Notes: generated by a model not told the origin, from the letters alone. A stretch of DNA of 63,881 nt, filler included, from Phoronis australis (GCA_002633005.1; 5 parts of 5 records of this genome joined end to end with filler, not necessarily neighbours in it), one strand, 5' to 3'. Positions 27,101 through 39,896 are shown, counted from the first letter of the whole stretch. A program made the numbers and translations.

Positions 27101-30100
27101 ATTATTAGGTGGTCCAGGTACCAAAGGTCATATTACAACATACATGCCAGTTATCCGCTTCACTTCCTAAAAGTTACTTAAAACCGATAATTCGATGAAG
27201 CGAAGCCATGAATGGTATAAGTTGATTGATGTTAGGCAATTATCAAACACAAAGTCTATCCCACCTCCTTGATACATGGCAGCGCGTCCGAGTGGAATCC
27301 CATGAGGAACGTGCCAGGTGCACCAGTGTAATCCACTTTGCTGGTCGGCATCACAGGAGCATAGCTCATCTGCCACTTGAATGGGGAGATGAAGCTAAGG
27401 AAACTCTGCAACAGAAAGAACAAGCGCAAGGAGTTCTATTGGTGGCTTTTAGGACAGCTATAGCAGTAGCCAGTCTTCCTCTGTCAGGAGAAGTGGTTGG
27501 TGAGAATGGAACTGTGTCGCTTGTGAGAAAAGAACTGTGGACATCTTGGACTACACAACTGTTGTGAATAGTAGACTCACCTGGCACTTTCAAATCACGG
27601 TTAGTTCACTGTGAACTAATTACTTTTAAGTAACCAACCGAGTTTAAAAACTCGTAATGCGGCTAAAAATCTGCGATCTGTCCAAGGAGTGAACTTTCGA
27701 TTTAAACCACTTACCACAATGACATTAGTCTCAACTTGTTCTTTCCGATGAAAAGAGATTTTATGGTTTGCAAAGAACTGACAGTTGGTTATTCCTCAAG
27801 ACCATGCTGGACACATAAAGTGACACACCATGACAAGCCAACTTGTAGTGTCTCGTCTCAGACAACAATGAAATGCTAATTCATTCCAAGCCCTGAAATC
27901 ACTCCCAGTTTGACTAAGGAACAGTTTGAGACCAATTTCATAATGGTATGTGGTCCAAATCAAAAGTTGATTTTTCTGATGGAATACAGAGTTATATTCA
28001 TTTTTCGGCTGGCGTAACTCTTTGACACTTAGTGAGACATAATCAGTGTGTCAGTACATTGCTAGTTCCACTGTCTCACCTCACAGACCAAAGTAAGAAG
28101 ACCAACGTTAGACGAGACCATGACAATCTTCTGCTGAAGGATGAAACTGCGGAACACTTTAAGTATATTGTCCAACGAAAGGCGGAGAAAGACTTGATTC
28201 AATGGAATATCAATGATTCGCGCATCCTGGCCTTTGGGTGGATGAAGAATGATGTCACGGCCTTCTACATTGGTTGCCTGTAATTAAATGACAACAAAGG
28301 GTATATATTATACAAACAGTGTATTTTGACAGCAAGTTTTCATTAAGACATGTTCTGTTAAACATAACATTTCATTTGCACTGTGCAGTCTTAATTGACA
28401 GTCTCTCCAATAGGTCAGTGGCAGTCAGATCTTGCATCAGGTGTCAGTTACAACAACAATTATTCCAAGCTCATGGTAGTAAAACAAGAGCAGCACAAAG
28501 TGTTGAAATTTGCCGACTAATTTTCTTATTCTCAATTTACTTACTAAAGACAGGTAGCCTGTGCAGGGTACGGGAGTAGTTGATAGCTGCAGGGCAAACT
28601 TCTCTAGAAAGTCCAGCATACAGTCAGGGTCTTGCTTGATATGCGACACCATCCTGGCAAAATAAAAATAAACAATAATTAAGACAAGGTAGCCAGCACC
28701 ATCTGTTGGTGACTACTTCAGAAACCTGAAGAGCAAGATGACACTGGGGTAGCTACTGCATCTTTTCGTCATTATTGTTCTACTTTGCAAGGCAGGCAAA
28801 CTTCCAGCATATATAATATTTTAACAGATTTAGGAACAATAAATGATCAGCAGTTTAACACCAACTTGACAGTGCCAAAAATGAAAATCAACTAAATTTT
28901 GAAAAATAAGAAGCTCTTTTAAAAGCAATGTCTTTCTTCCAGTGAGAATATTCGGAACGAAGTATAAGAAGATGCACCACAGCTTATTGAAACTGGTGAC
29001 TTTCAAAGTTTGAAAGACGCATACTGAGAACTTGATGCAAGAAAATATCAATCAGTACATTCTGTCAACAGTAATTGCAAGAAATATCAGAACAGCCGAG
29101 ACAACACATTACGTTGTACACATTAAAAAGATGTACCATGAATTGCACTGCTCCATTACAGTAAAGTATGGGTACTTGGATATCAACACTGTGCACTGAG
29201 GTACATAACACCGCTGTTGGTTCATAACGAGTTCTTGACCATCGTCCACCTTTAAATAAAGCTCCTCATCCTCCTCCTGGAATTCAAATTACGTTTACAA
29301 GATCTTATGTTTATACTGCTGACTTAACAAGTTATACGCACATCTTCTGGGGTCTCCTCTGTACCCACAATCAAAGTCAAAATTATTTTTGACATTTTTC
29401 ATTCTATTTCCATGTGAGCTCAAAATATGTACATAATATTCTGTGCTGGAGTGCATTATAGTTTACGTGGATGACTGACTAATCTAGTATGCACTCATCT
29501 GCATTAGCCATTAATAACTAACGGAAAAGTCATTACAATTTTGTGATTGATTTCGACTACCAAGACAACTCTTAGTGTTCCTGTAAAATAAAAATTTTTG
29601 CTTATCTCAAAGAGTCATTTTTCAGTATTAATTACAGTTTTACTTGAATGCCTTCATCAACAACAGAAAAGGGACATAATTAAACGACAACAGGCCTGCT
29701 TCTTCTATTGAGCAAACAGTCATTGTGTCTGCCTGAACACAGTCTGTGACAGTCATTGTGTCTGCCTGAACACAGTCTGTGACAGTCAGTGTATCTGCTT
29801 GAACAGTCTGTGACAGTCAATGTATCTGTCTGAACACAGTCTGTGACAGTCAATGTATCTGTCTGAACACAGTCTGTGACAGTCAGTGTCTCTGCCTGAA
29901 CACAGTCTGTGACAGTCAATGTATCTGTCTGAACACAGTCTGTGACAGTCAGTGTCTCTGCCTGAACACAGTCTGTGACAGTCATTGTATCTGTCTGAAC
30001 ACAGTCTGTGACAGTCAGTGTCTCTGCCTGAACACAGTCTGTGACAGTCAATGTATCTGTCTGAACACAGTCTGTGACAGTCANNNNNNNNNNNNNNNNN

Positions 30101-33100
30101 NNNNNNNNNNNNNNNNNNNNNNNNNNCAATTTACTTACTAAAGACAGGTAGCCTGTGCAGGGTACGGGAGTAGTTGATAGCTGCAGGGCAAACTTCTCTA
30201 GAAAGTCCAGCATACAGTCAGGGTCTTGCTTGATATGCGACACCATCCTGGCAAAATAAAAATAGACAACAATAATTAAGACAAGGTAGCCAGCACCATC
30301 TGTTGGTGACTACTTCAGAAACCTGAAGAGCAAGATGACACTGGGGTAGCTACTGCATCTTTTCGTCATTATTGTTCTACTTTGCAAGGCAGGCAAAATT
30401 CCAGCATATATAATATTTTAACAGATTTAGGAACAATAAATGATCAGCAGTTTAACACCAACTTGACAGTGCCAAAAATGAAAATCAACTAAATTTTGAA
30501 AAACAAGAAGCTCTTTTAAAAGCAATGTCTTTCTTCCAGTGAGAATATTCGAAACGAAGTATAAGAAGCTGTACCACAGCTTATTGAAACTGGTGACTTT
30601 GAAAGACGCATACTGAGAACTTGATGCAAGAAAATATCAATTAGTACATTCTGTCAACAGTAATTGCAAGCAATATCAAAACAGCCGAGACAACACATTA
30701 CGTTGTACACATTAAAAGATGTACCATGAATTACACTGCTCCATTACAGTAAAGTATGGGTACTTGGATATCAACACTGTGCACTGTGGTACATAACACC
30801 GCTGTTGGTTCATAACGAGTTCTTGACCATCGTCCACCTTTAAATAAAGCTCCTCATCCTCATCCTGGAATTCAAGTTACGTTTACAAGATCTTATGTTT
30901 ATACTGCTGACTTAACAAGTTATACGCACATCTTTAATAAGAAAAAACTTCTGGGGTCTCCTTTGTACCCACAATCAAAGTCAAATTTATTTTTGACATT
31001 TTTCATTCTATTTCCATGTGAGCTCAAGATATGTACATAATATTCTGTGCTGGAGTGCATTATAGTTTACGTGGATGACTGACTAATCTAGTATGCACTC
31101 ATCTGCATCAGCCATTAATAACTAACGGAAAAGTCATTACAATTTTGTGATTGATTTCGACTACCAAGATAACTCCTAGTGTTCCTGTAAATTTTTGCTT
31201 ATCTCAAAGAGTCATTTTTCAGTATTAATTACAGTTTTACTTGCCTTCATCAACAACAGAAAAAGGGACATAATTAAACGACAACAGGCCTGCATCTTCT
31301 ATTGAGCAAACAGTCATTGTGTCTGCCTGAACACAGTCTGTGACAGTCATTGTGTCTGCCTGAACACAGTCTTTGACAGTCAGTGTATCTGCTTGAACAG
31401 TCTGTGACAGTCAATGTATCTGCCTGAACACAGCCTGTGACAGTCATTGTGTCCGCTTGAACTCAGCCTGTGACAGTCATTGTGTCAGCTCACTGGAGAT
31501 CAATGCAGACCCAAGAGGCCGGCTTTTTGTTGAGCTGTATATATTCCTTTCTGTGGTTGCTGCAGAGTTCAGTAAGATTAGGGGACCACTGATAGGTGCT
31601 TATCTCATCAAAAGGTTCTCAGTGTCATTGCATTTAACCAGTTAGATTTTTAAGATACTTATTCTCTTGGATTACAGTTATTTGCTGCAAAACTGAAAAC
31701 CCAGAATACCTCCTCCATGAACAAGGGTAACAAAAATTGTAAACACCGTATATCCCTTGCATGACGTTTATAAAAAGCTGTAAACACAATATTCTCCCTC
31801 CATGATATAGGGTAAATAAAACTTAAGCATGGTACACCCCTCAGTGATGTAGGGTAAATAAAACTTAAACATGGTACACCCCTCAGTGATGTAGGGTAAA
31901 TAAAACTTAAACATGGTACACCCCTCAATGCCGTAGCCAGTAAATAAAACTGTTAACACTACCTTCTCCATGATGTAGGGTAAATAAAACGAGTGACAAG
32001 ATGCATATGTCCTGTTGCCATAGAGATCAGTAAATACCAAGCTGTGGGTGGTGTCTTCACAGCATTTCTCACGAATAAATGCACCCTCTGAAATTGAACC
32101 GAGAATCAAAAATACAACTCAAAACAATAAGAAACAATCAAAAATAAAGAGCTAAAATCATGTCAGAAGTGAGATACTCACAAGCATTAGAATACTTTAG
32201 TTCTAAGACAAAAAATATATGGAATTTATACACAACCATTACATTTATGTATTTAATGAAACTCAATTAAATAAGAAATAATAATTTGTAGTATTCTATA
32301 CAACTTCTTAAAGCAGCAGAGTGATGTACAATTGTTAATGGACACTCACTCAAACTCACAGGCATGTGTGAGTCAGTTATAAGCTCACAATACTGACAAG
32401 AAATAGATACAAGTGAATTATTACATATTAAACAAATTATCAACAGAGCAAAAACAACTTTTACAAAATTGGTATGGCCGAGATATCAAAAAAATAATAG
32501 TCAAGTACTAGTAAACACAAATACCATAAGGTATCTGATGTAATTATTCCGCGAATGCTTGGTTATCAACATGCATATTTGGGCTTTTACATTTGAGGGG
32601 GCAAATGACAGCTTTGTCCAAATTTCTTCTTAATTTGTCCGATTTCTTTCCTAACGTGCTCAATACAAAAAAGCACAAATTTCATTAAGTTGGAGAATAC
32701 CAGAATGGCCATTTTACATACTCAGTAAGTGTAGAGATAGGTCAACAGTAATATAAACAAGGCAGACTGTAAATCCTGATAAAGCCCAGAATCAAATCTT
32801 GGTGGCATGAGTGGCCAGTGGACACCATGAACACTACAGTCTAGCTATGAAAAAATTGAAGGGAAGAGATTGGTAGTGTTTAAAAGAAAAAAAAGGTGAT
32901 TCAGAATCTTTTGCCAACCTGTGACCTAATTAGATCCACTTAGACAACAGTCCAAAATTCAATCAAAAAGGATAATTATTCTGGTTCTAGTCGCTATCAA
33001 ACCTACTGCTGGAATGACAAGAACTATAACGATTATTAATAAATAATGAAGATGACATTTAATGAAGAATTGCTACTCCCAACTCAGTCACCACAAGGTA

Positions 33101-35652
33101 TATGTGCACACCCAGTGCTATTCTCCATTTACCAGTTATCAGTGTATGCTTGGTTTAAGTAATGGAATTAGCAGATTCTGGGATGGCCTGATAACATTTA
33201 GATAATACGCGGTGATGGTCAGGAAACGATCCAGTTGACATTGTCAAATCTAACAAAGGACTGACTGAAATTAGACGTTGGTTTCACTGTATGCCACTCA
33301 CGGCTCACTGCACTCAAGAGGGATAGCAATGGTCATGAGTCATCTGTGGCGAGATGAACTTTGACCCTGGTGACATCCCAGTAGTGAAACTTCAGTACAC
33401 GCCAAAAATAATCAGAAAAAATGACCCAGAATTCCATGTCAAGACGGTTGAACGCAAAAGGAATTCCCAATCACAATGACACAGGGTACAAGAGGCTAGA
33501 TCGAACTGTAATAAGGAAATGGTATTTTGTCCGATTACTTGACATGTACAGTGGCAATGACTACTTTTTTGCAGACATTGCACAGAGGTTCTGCCCACTC
33601 ATGATCTCATTATAGTATCAACATACCTGGGAAGCAGAAATGTGGAAGGTTGTTAATCGTCTCAGTCAAGACGGGGAGCTCAGGTGGTTTTGACGAGATT
33701 GAGCGATAGTTGATCGTTTTGCGTAGTATATTTGAACCCAGGGCATGGAAGGACTTGCCCCTGGACACACGTTTCTTATCACTAGGATACGAAGTGTGAT
33801 GTAACTTCCTGCTGGGAGACACCTGCAATAATAGATCAATTAACTTCCTTAAACTTCACAACTACTTTAATTTCCGACCAATAACAGACAAAATGTGACA
33901 GACTGACAAACTGGTAAAAACACGTGGAAGTTCATTCTACGGTAAAACTTGCATGAGTAGGATCCAACCAGACTGAGAGATTTTTTCCAAGTCGATTTTG
34001 TAAAGGACTAGAACAATCTTACTACAAAACTTTGGTCAGGTTAAGCAACAATCTGACTTATTCAAGCTTTAGTGTATTATCTCAGGAACTAGCAGTTGCG
34101 TTTAGAGACTGCATTTTTGCTCTAGTGAGATTTAATCATTATTCAAAAATAATTGTGTGGAGCGCAAGACCAAATTTCTGAGCTAAGTCTTAAGTCTCTT
34201 TTCATGAAACAGAACCCTGATTGAGGATGGAGATAATTTTCTAACATGGCATGGAGAGGCTTGAAGCATAGATTGTGTGGTTGAGTTACCTGGTTATTTC
34301 ATAATTTGTATGAAAGCTACTCGTCACAAGAAAAATCAAGTAAAACAGAAAGAAATGTTGTCAAAACCAAACCTCAGAGACTCGATACTTTGGATCAGAT
34401 AGGCCGCGTCTGTAGCCCTTATTGTCTTGTTTGAGGGCGGGAGGGTAATTGCTGTCAAAGTTAGGGAAGGCTTGTGGTAAACTGGCTGCCAATGAGGATA
34501 TGGCGGCCAGAACTTGCGTCTCACACTGTCTGAAGATGGAGCTGCTTGAACCATTGTCAACCTAATGAAAATAAGATGGATGATAGGTAAGGAATAGTCT
34601 TTTCAGAATGTGGAAACAAAATCTCCTTCAGCGAAAGACTAAAACTTGATACAATACTGCCACTAGCAGGCAAGTTATACAGGCAGTCTACAAATTTGAG
34701 GGTGTTTTTTGAACCCAAGGTGCACACAGCGGAACAAAGTTAAGAGTATACGTGCATCTCTCAGAAACAAAATTTTCACATGGCTCATTATGTTAAGCCC
34801 AGTTAATAACAAAAGAAAAATTATCCCTGGCTACCATCTTTTGATAGATAAATAATAGTTAAGGGGAACTTGTACACTTGACCAGAAGATGAGCTAACAT
34901 CCATCCACAAAACAGCTAAAAGAGTATTAACACTGACTGGGCAGTTTGTTGACAAAAGTCACATTACAACTTCCCTTGCTTTAATCAGAATCAATGGTAT
35001 AATTAAAAATTCCTAAGTTAAGTGGAAAATATGGCTGGATAACATGAATTTTCTTTTGTCACAGTAATTTCTTAACCAGGAATATTTCTGACCAGGTTTG
35101 AAACTGTGCCCTCTAGATGCACCTGATGATAAAAAGTGTGCCTTTTTCGAAAGGTAGTGCCCAGCAGGCTTAGTGTAATTAATTGGTAACATATGAAACA
35201 GAAAACTCAAGGGCAATCAAAACAAGAACAATCATGTTTTACTCGACTGGCTGTAAGTTGACTAGAATCTTTAATTGTTGCATTTTAAAAGACGCGTCTG
35301 GGGGGCGCACTGCTGTATTTTACTTTATTTTTTATGCGCAAATGGCGTAAAAGCGCAGTCCAGGAACATCCCTGCTTAACAAAAGCAAAACAACAGGAAA
35401 GTACTAGTTCAAGGTTTCCTTACAGTATATTCTGCAGCTTTCATTCGGTGAAACTTTAAGGATATGTGGTAGTGTACTATTTTGAAAATTGGAAAAATCA
35501 TTTGACCAATTACAGTCATTATTCTCGATTCAAAGTGAAGTTTAATTTCTATGACTTGTGTTAGACAGTACCTGGAGGTGAGGTCCAGTGTCTTTATCAA
35601 GACCTACAGCAGCAAGAACATCAATGAAACTGTTATACAGTCGTGTTGTCAT
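24011..35652 (-). CDS. DENND3: DENN domain Rab GEF (DENND3-like), N-terminal uDENN-cDENN-dDENN part, 3' incomplete
   Basis: 12 phase-consistent GT-AG exons: 35652-35572, 34561-34373, 33822-33627, 32087-31963, 29276-29137, 28653-28545, 28277-28080, 27405-27265, 26799-26648, 25770-25660, 25253-25157, 24147-24011. Motifs LPHFCFPEG, HSLVFTDLYGNRTY, ISKYPYF, PFKWQMSYAPV, APGTFLMG, FQSFLKARL match remembered DENND3 sequence. Confidence 0.9.
25092..25156. repeat. 18-bp minisatellite (gtcactcattacgttggg) abutting the exon 11 donor
   Basis: About 3.5 copies visible. Confidence 0.85.
25157..25253 (-). CDS. DENND3: DENND3-like exon 11
   Basis: CVLDHIKPEINLFNQQKFLESQNPEDLPFYKE. Confidence 0.88.
25660..25770 (-). 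CDS. DENND3: DENND3-like exon 10
   Basis: PTASNIDEHRQRVNAFQKRCNHQISSAFLEMMVNLFG (start of dDENN). Confidence 0.85.
26648..26799 (-). CDS. DENND3: DENND3-like exon 9
   Basis: VEGLVIVDFDNREV...PNLPVDIVNLFKQ...|gtaagc. Confidence 0.88.
27265..27405 (-). CDS. DENND3: DENND3-like exon 8
   Basis: SFLSFISPFKWQMSYAPVMPTSKVDYTGAPGTFLMGFHSDALPCIKE. Confidence 0.9.
28080..28277 (-). CDS. DENND3: DENND3-like exon 7
   Basis: ...IDIPLNQVFLRLSLDNILKVFRSFILQQKIVMVSSNVGLLTLVCE|gtgag. Confidence 0.9.
28545..28653 (-). CDS. DENND3: DENND3-like exon 6
   Basis: ...FALQLSTTPVPCTGYLSL|gtaagt; phase 2 to 0. Confidence 0.85.
29137..29276 (-). CDS. DENND3: DENND3-like exon 5
   Basis: EEDEELYLKV...CYVPQCTVLISKYPYFTVMEQCNS; phase 0 to 2. 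Confidence 0.85.
29717..30083. repeat. 33-bp minisatellite (ctgaacacagtctgtgacagtcaatgtatctgt); shorter copy at ~31310-31485
   Basis: About 11 tandem units running into the N gap at 30084-30126. Confidence 0.95.
30139..30247 (-). CDS. DENND3: DENND3-like exon 6 (duplicate copy)
   Basis: MVSHIKQDPDCMLDFLEKFALQLSTTPVPCTGYLSL; same translation as 28545-28653. Confidence 0.8.
30725..30864 (-). CDS. DENND3: DENND3-like exon 5 (duplicate copy)
   Basis: DEDEELYLKV...CYVPQCTVLISKYPYFTVMEQCNS; near-identical to 29137-29276. Confidence 0.8.
31700..31990. repeat. 42-bp tandem repeat related to the 3' end of DENND3 exon 4
   Basis: tgatgtagggtaaataaaac occurs in the exon and recurs in the adjacent intron with 42-bp period. 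Confidence 0.85.
31963..32087 (-). CDS. DENND3: DENND3-like exon 4
   Basis: EGAFIREKCCEDTTHSLVFTDLYGNRTYASCHSFYLPYIMEK. Confidence 0.9.
33627..33822 (-). CDS. DENND3: DENND3-like exon 3
   Basis: VSPSRK...INNLPHFCFP|gtatgt. Confidence 0.88.
34373..34561 (-). CDS. DENND3: DENND3-like exon 2
   Basis: VDNGSSSSIFRQCETQVLAAISS...YRVSE; open, phase 0-0. Confidence 0.7.
35572..35652 (-). CDS. DENND3: DENND3-like first coding exon
   Basis: MTTRLYNSFIDVLAAVGLDKDTGPHLQ|gtact; resembles the uDENN N-terminal strand; phase 0. Confidence 0.7.
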
Positions 35653-35814
35653 GGAAACTGTTTTACAGCTGTGTTGTCATGTATTGTTTTGATAAGGGAA
35701 ATGATCACTGAAATAAAAAGCAAACAAGTGAGTCACAACTTAGCTATGATTAAAATCAAGTCATTTCCAGGGTTTTTGACTCAACTTTGGGGCCAAATAT
35801 TAACCTAATTCCTC

Positions 35815-37390
35815 TGAAAAGCATTTAAAATGTGTATCACACATTACAAGTTCCCCATCACCAGGGAAGAGTTCAGTAATGCTAGGACCTCGCTAAAAAG
35901 CAAGACTTTGCGAGATTACGTTAAATATTGTTGTGTATTTTAAATGATAACACGTAATTTTGGCTAGACTGTTCCAGTTGCGAGACAGCTACTGTACTCT
36001 ATCCATGACAGAATATTCCCCTCCAAATATTTTTTAAAATCTTTTCAATCTGCACAGATTCCTGTTACAATTATTAATTACTAGTAGAAGCTATGGGAGG
36101 TCTTGAGTTTACGACTTTGTGGGGAAAACTTAACATTTACTTTACAGAATAAAACAGTAGCACAACAGCATGACCCAGACAGATGTTATAAACAGTAGCA
36201 CAACAGCATGACCCAGACAGGTGTTGCACAAACTGACTGTGACTCCAATGGCTTCAATTTGCCAATGGAGTAAATAAAGAATATAACAACAATAAATAAA
36301 TGACTTTTGGCTTCCACTACATCGGTTGTGTACAAATCTACAAAATCAAATCAACATATCTTATGGTAATTGAAACCTTCATCAGATAAACTTTTTGCAT
36401 TGTTAACAATTTGTGATGAGCAGCCTCGCCCCACGGTGTCAATAATGAGCAAGTGGTTAGGATATATGCAGGTATGGTAGTGTGCGGTTAGGATATATGC
36501 AGGTATGGTAGTGTGTGGTTAGGATATATGCAGGTATGGTAGTGTGCGGTTAGGATATATGCAGGTATGGTAGTGTGTGGTTAGGATATATNGAAAAGCA
36601 TTTAAAATGTGTATCACACATTACAAGTTCCCCATCACCAGGGAAGAGTTCAGTAATGCTAGGACCTCACTAAAAAGCAAGACTGCGAGATTACGTTAAA
36701 TATTGTTGTGTATTTTAAATGATAACACGTAATTTTGGCTAGACTGTTCCAGTTGCGAGACAGCTACTGTACTCTATCTATGACAGAATATTCCCCTCCA
36801 AATATTTTTTAAAAATCTTTTCACTCTGCACAGATTCCTGTTACAATTATTAATTACCAGTAGAAGCTATGGGAGGTCTTGAATTTCCGACTTTGTGGGG
36901 AAAACTTAACATTTACTTTACAGAATAAAACAGTGGCACAACAGCATGACCCAGACAGATGTTATAAACAGTAGCACAACAGCATGACCCAGACAGGTGT
37001 AGCACAAACTGACTGTGGCTCCAATGGCTTCAATTAGCCAATAGAGTAAATAAAGAATATAACAACAATAAGTAAATGACTTTTGGCTTTCACTACATCG
37101 GCTGCGTACAAATCTACAAAATCAAATCAACATATCTTATGGTAACTGAAACCTTCAGCAGCTAAACTTTTTGCATTGTTAACAATTTGTGATGAGCAGC
37201 CTCGCCCCACGGTGTCAATAATGAGGAAGTGGTTAGGATACATGCAGGTATGGTAGTGAGTGGTTAGGATACATGCAGGTATGGTAGTGTGTGGTTAGGA
37301 TATATGCAGGTATGGTAGTGTGTGGTTAGGATACATGCAGGTATGGTAGTGTGTGGTTAGGATACATGCAGGTATGGTAGTGTGTGGTTT
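35815..37390. repeat. ~780-bp duplication joined at N 36592, each copy ending in a 31-bp minisatellite (ggttaggatatatgcaggtatggtagtgtgt)
   Basis: 35815-36591 vs 36593-37390 are near-identical; arrays at ~36455-36591 and ~37230-37388. Confidence 0.88.
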
Positions 37391-38173
37391 TTTGGACCAA
37401 ATTCAGCAAAACACGTGAGCCATTGTTTGCAAACCGCAACACTGATAAGATTTAGCCCATCTGCAAGTTTTCCTGGTCGGGCAAATCACAATCAAGGTCC
37501 ATATTCGGTGGCCACTTTTGGTGAAAAATGAAGGTTGTCATGTAAGTGTGAAAGCTGGGTTATTTTAAAGTAGCATCATTCCAGGTTTGTTATCTAAAAT
37601 ATTTTTGCACAAGAACCACCAAGTAAAAATTTTATGGCCCAATGCATCGCAGTTGTATAAAAGGGTACGTACACTAAAACTTGTGGTCACAGCCCACTTC
37701 TATCATGCTGCAAAAATACATAAAGTAGTTGCTAATTTAATAAGTTCTTGATCAAACTGAAGAAGTATCACATGCTTAAGTAAGAAAATTTATTACCTTG
37801 CTGATCAAGTTGTTCTGGATGATGGTACATTGCAGATATTTTAACAAAGTATATTGAGAACTTCTTCTCTTGCAATATGATTCTTACAAAAAGAAAATGA
37901 CATTTAAGTAACTACTTTTTTTCAAAATCTTTAATGGTGCTATTTGCCTAGTTTTCAACACATTCACCAGCTGGTCAAAATAGTTAAAGCAACCCAGTAA
38001 GCTCAGTGTTCAACTTGTAAACAGTAAAAATGGTACTGGTTGGGGTGTACCTAAACTACGCCCAATCAATAAACATCAAATTTTGACTAAGTTACAAATG
38101 TATGGGATGATCTCGAGTTTTGTGCTGCCTCTACTTGTTGGTTTGTTGCAAGTTGTCTTGAGAGATAGAGAAN

Positions 38174-38336
38174 AAGACACCCTCAATTCGGACTTTGTAA
38201 GTTCGATTTTCCAGATATGATTTTAAAAGTAAGAGGAGAGTGCCTGAGATACCGTAAGATTGTAATTTATGTAGAAGCAGGTCATGGGGAACGACATCAA
38301 AAGCTGACGCAATGTCTAAAAATACGGAGGAGTTCA
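38174..38336 (-). mobile_element. Non-LTR retrotransposon RT fragment (CR1/L2-group-like)
   Basis: VFLDIASAFDVVPHDLLLHKLQSYGISGTLLLLLKSYLENRTYKVRIEG, matching the FLD..KAFD.V.H RT motif. Confidence 0.85.
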
Positions 38337-39896
38337 TATTGGGTGGTTTGATGTTAAGGGTGGTGTATGCTTCATCTCGTGTCATACTGTCTAGGCATTC
38401 AGTGCTCACAGTGACCGAATAGAAATGCTTTTGGTAGGTCTCGTTGTCAGTGTCGTCAATAGCATCGATGTTTTTGAGAGACTTCTTCTGCCGGTACGAG
38501 TCGTGGACATGGTCAGACCGAGTTTTCGATTTGCTGCGTCGTCCTCGGGAAGAATGACGTCGCTGTTGCTGCCGTTGTTGTTGTTGTGCTTTGCGTTTTT
38601 TTCTACAGCAAGCTGCCCAGTGCCCCTTGAATCCACATGACTCACACGTGTCGAAGTAGACTGGACATTGTCTGGGTTTGTGGTCCAGACCGCAGTTTCT
38701 GCAGGATCGGTTTCGGCTTTCCCTGGTCACGACATGAACTTTTTCAGTGGCAAGGCCCATCTGCTGCAATTGATTGCTGCCAGCGCTCATGGCTTCGTAC
38801 TTCCGACCCTCAACTAGTACGTCGGATAGTTTGGCACCCTTAGGTTTTCCATACAACTCTGTGCGGAAGGCATCGTATGGGGTACTGGCTATGATGAGTT
38901 ACAGCACACGTTCACCAAGTTCTTCATCCGAAAAATCACATTTCAGGGCCAATGTGCGTGCACGGGTTACAAAGTCATCAAGGTTTTCATTGGGTTTTTG
39001 CCTATACTGCATCAGTTGTAGGCGGTGTATACGGAAATTAACTGATACCCAGAGCTGACTCTAAAAAATTTCCAAAGTTCAGCAGGTTTACCGTTTTGTC
39101 AGCATCGGTTAACCCACTGGCATTCAGTCGTTTTAAACCTTCATCCCGATACCACGGAGGATTTTACGTGCCTGCTTACCTGCGTCCACTATTTCCTCGT
39201 CTTCTATGTAAAGTGTCATTTTCTGTTTAAATAACGCAAGGTTCTCACTGAGATCGTCGCCGTCCCAGGCCATCTTCGGTATGGAGGCCGCCATATTTGT
39301 TTTGATCCGGGGTCAAATGTCACTGACAGGCACAGAGGTCGCAGATGGTCACTAGCACTGATATAATTATAGGTCGTCTGAATATGTGGGAGTGGCAAAT
39401 TTCAGGCACAGTCTGCGAGGGACAATGGCGATGAGGTGTCGGTCCGCGTGACAATGAATTCCTTTTTAGTCCTATCCTCGGACAGGAATAGAACGTGGGC
39501 AGTATAACGATCACTGAATACCGATTGTCCGTTCAGAACAGTCGTTTCTTGCACTTACGAATTTGCGTCTGCAGGTTGACGGACAGGTACGTACTATAGG
39601 GTTTGCAGACAAGGGCGCGTCGCGGCTTCACGTTGTCCGGCTCCCGGTAGAAGCACGAAAAATAGTTTCTGCATTTCTCCAAAGTCCATTTAGTTGCACA
39701 ACATCGGTCCTGGTAATCACAGGTAGTACTGTGTTTTTACCATTGCCACCATGAAGTATTATCTGGCCGGTTAGAGGCGATAATGAAGACTCCAGGTTTA
39801 GAACAGTAGGTTTATATTTGAAGACTAAGTACCGAGAGAACTACTTCATTCACAGCAAAATATGACTACGCTACATAGTAATACGATACTACAACA
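38337..39896 (-). mobile_element. Gypsy-type LTR retrotransposon 5' remnant: LTR (~39752-39896), PBS, frameshifted gag with zinc knuckles
   Basis: On the minus strand TGTTGTAG...TACTTCA is followed at once by TGGTGGCAATGG (PBS-like, tRNA-Leu-like). Gag shows CRNCGLDHKPRQCP and CESCGFKGHWAACC. Truncated at about the protease start. Confidence 0.8.

Noticed and set aside
29680-30246. 188-aa ORF with TVTDCVQTDTL repeats
   Set aside because: Read-through from DENND3 exon 6 across an N gap into a 33-bp intronic minisatellite.
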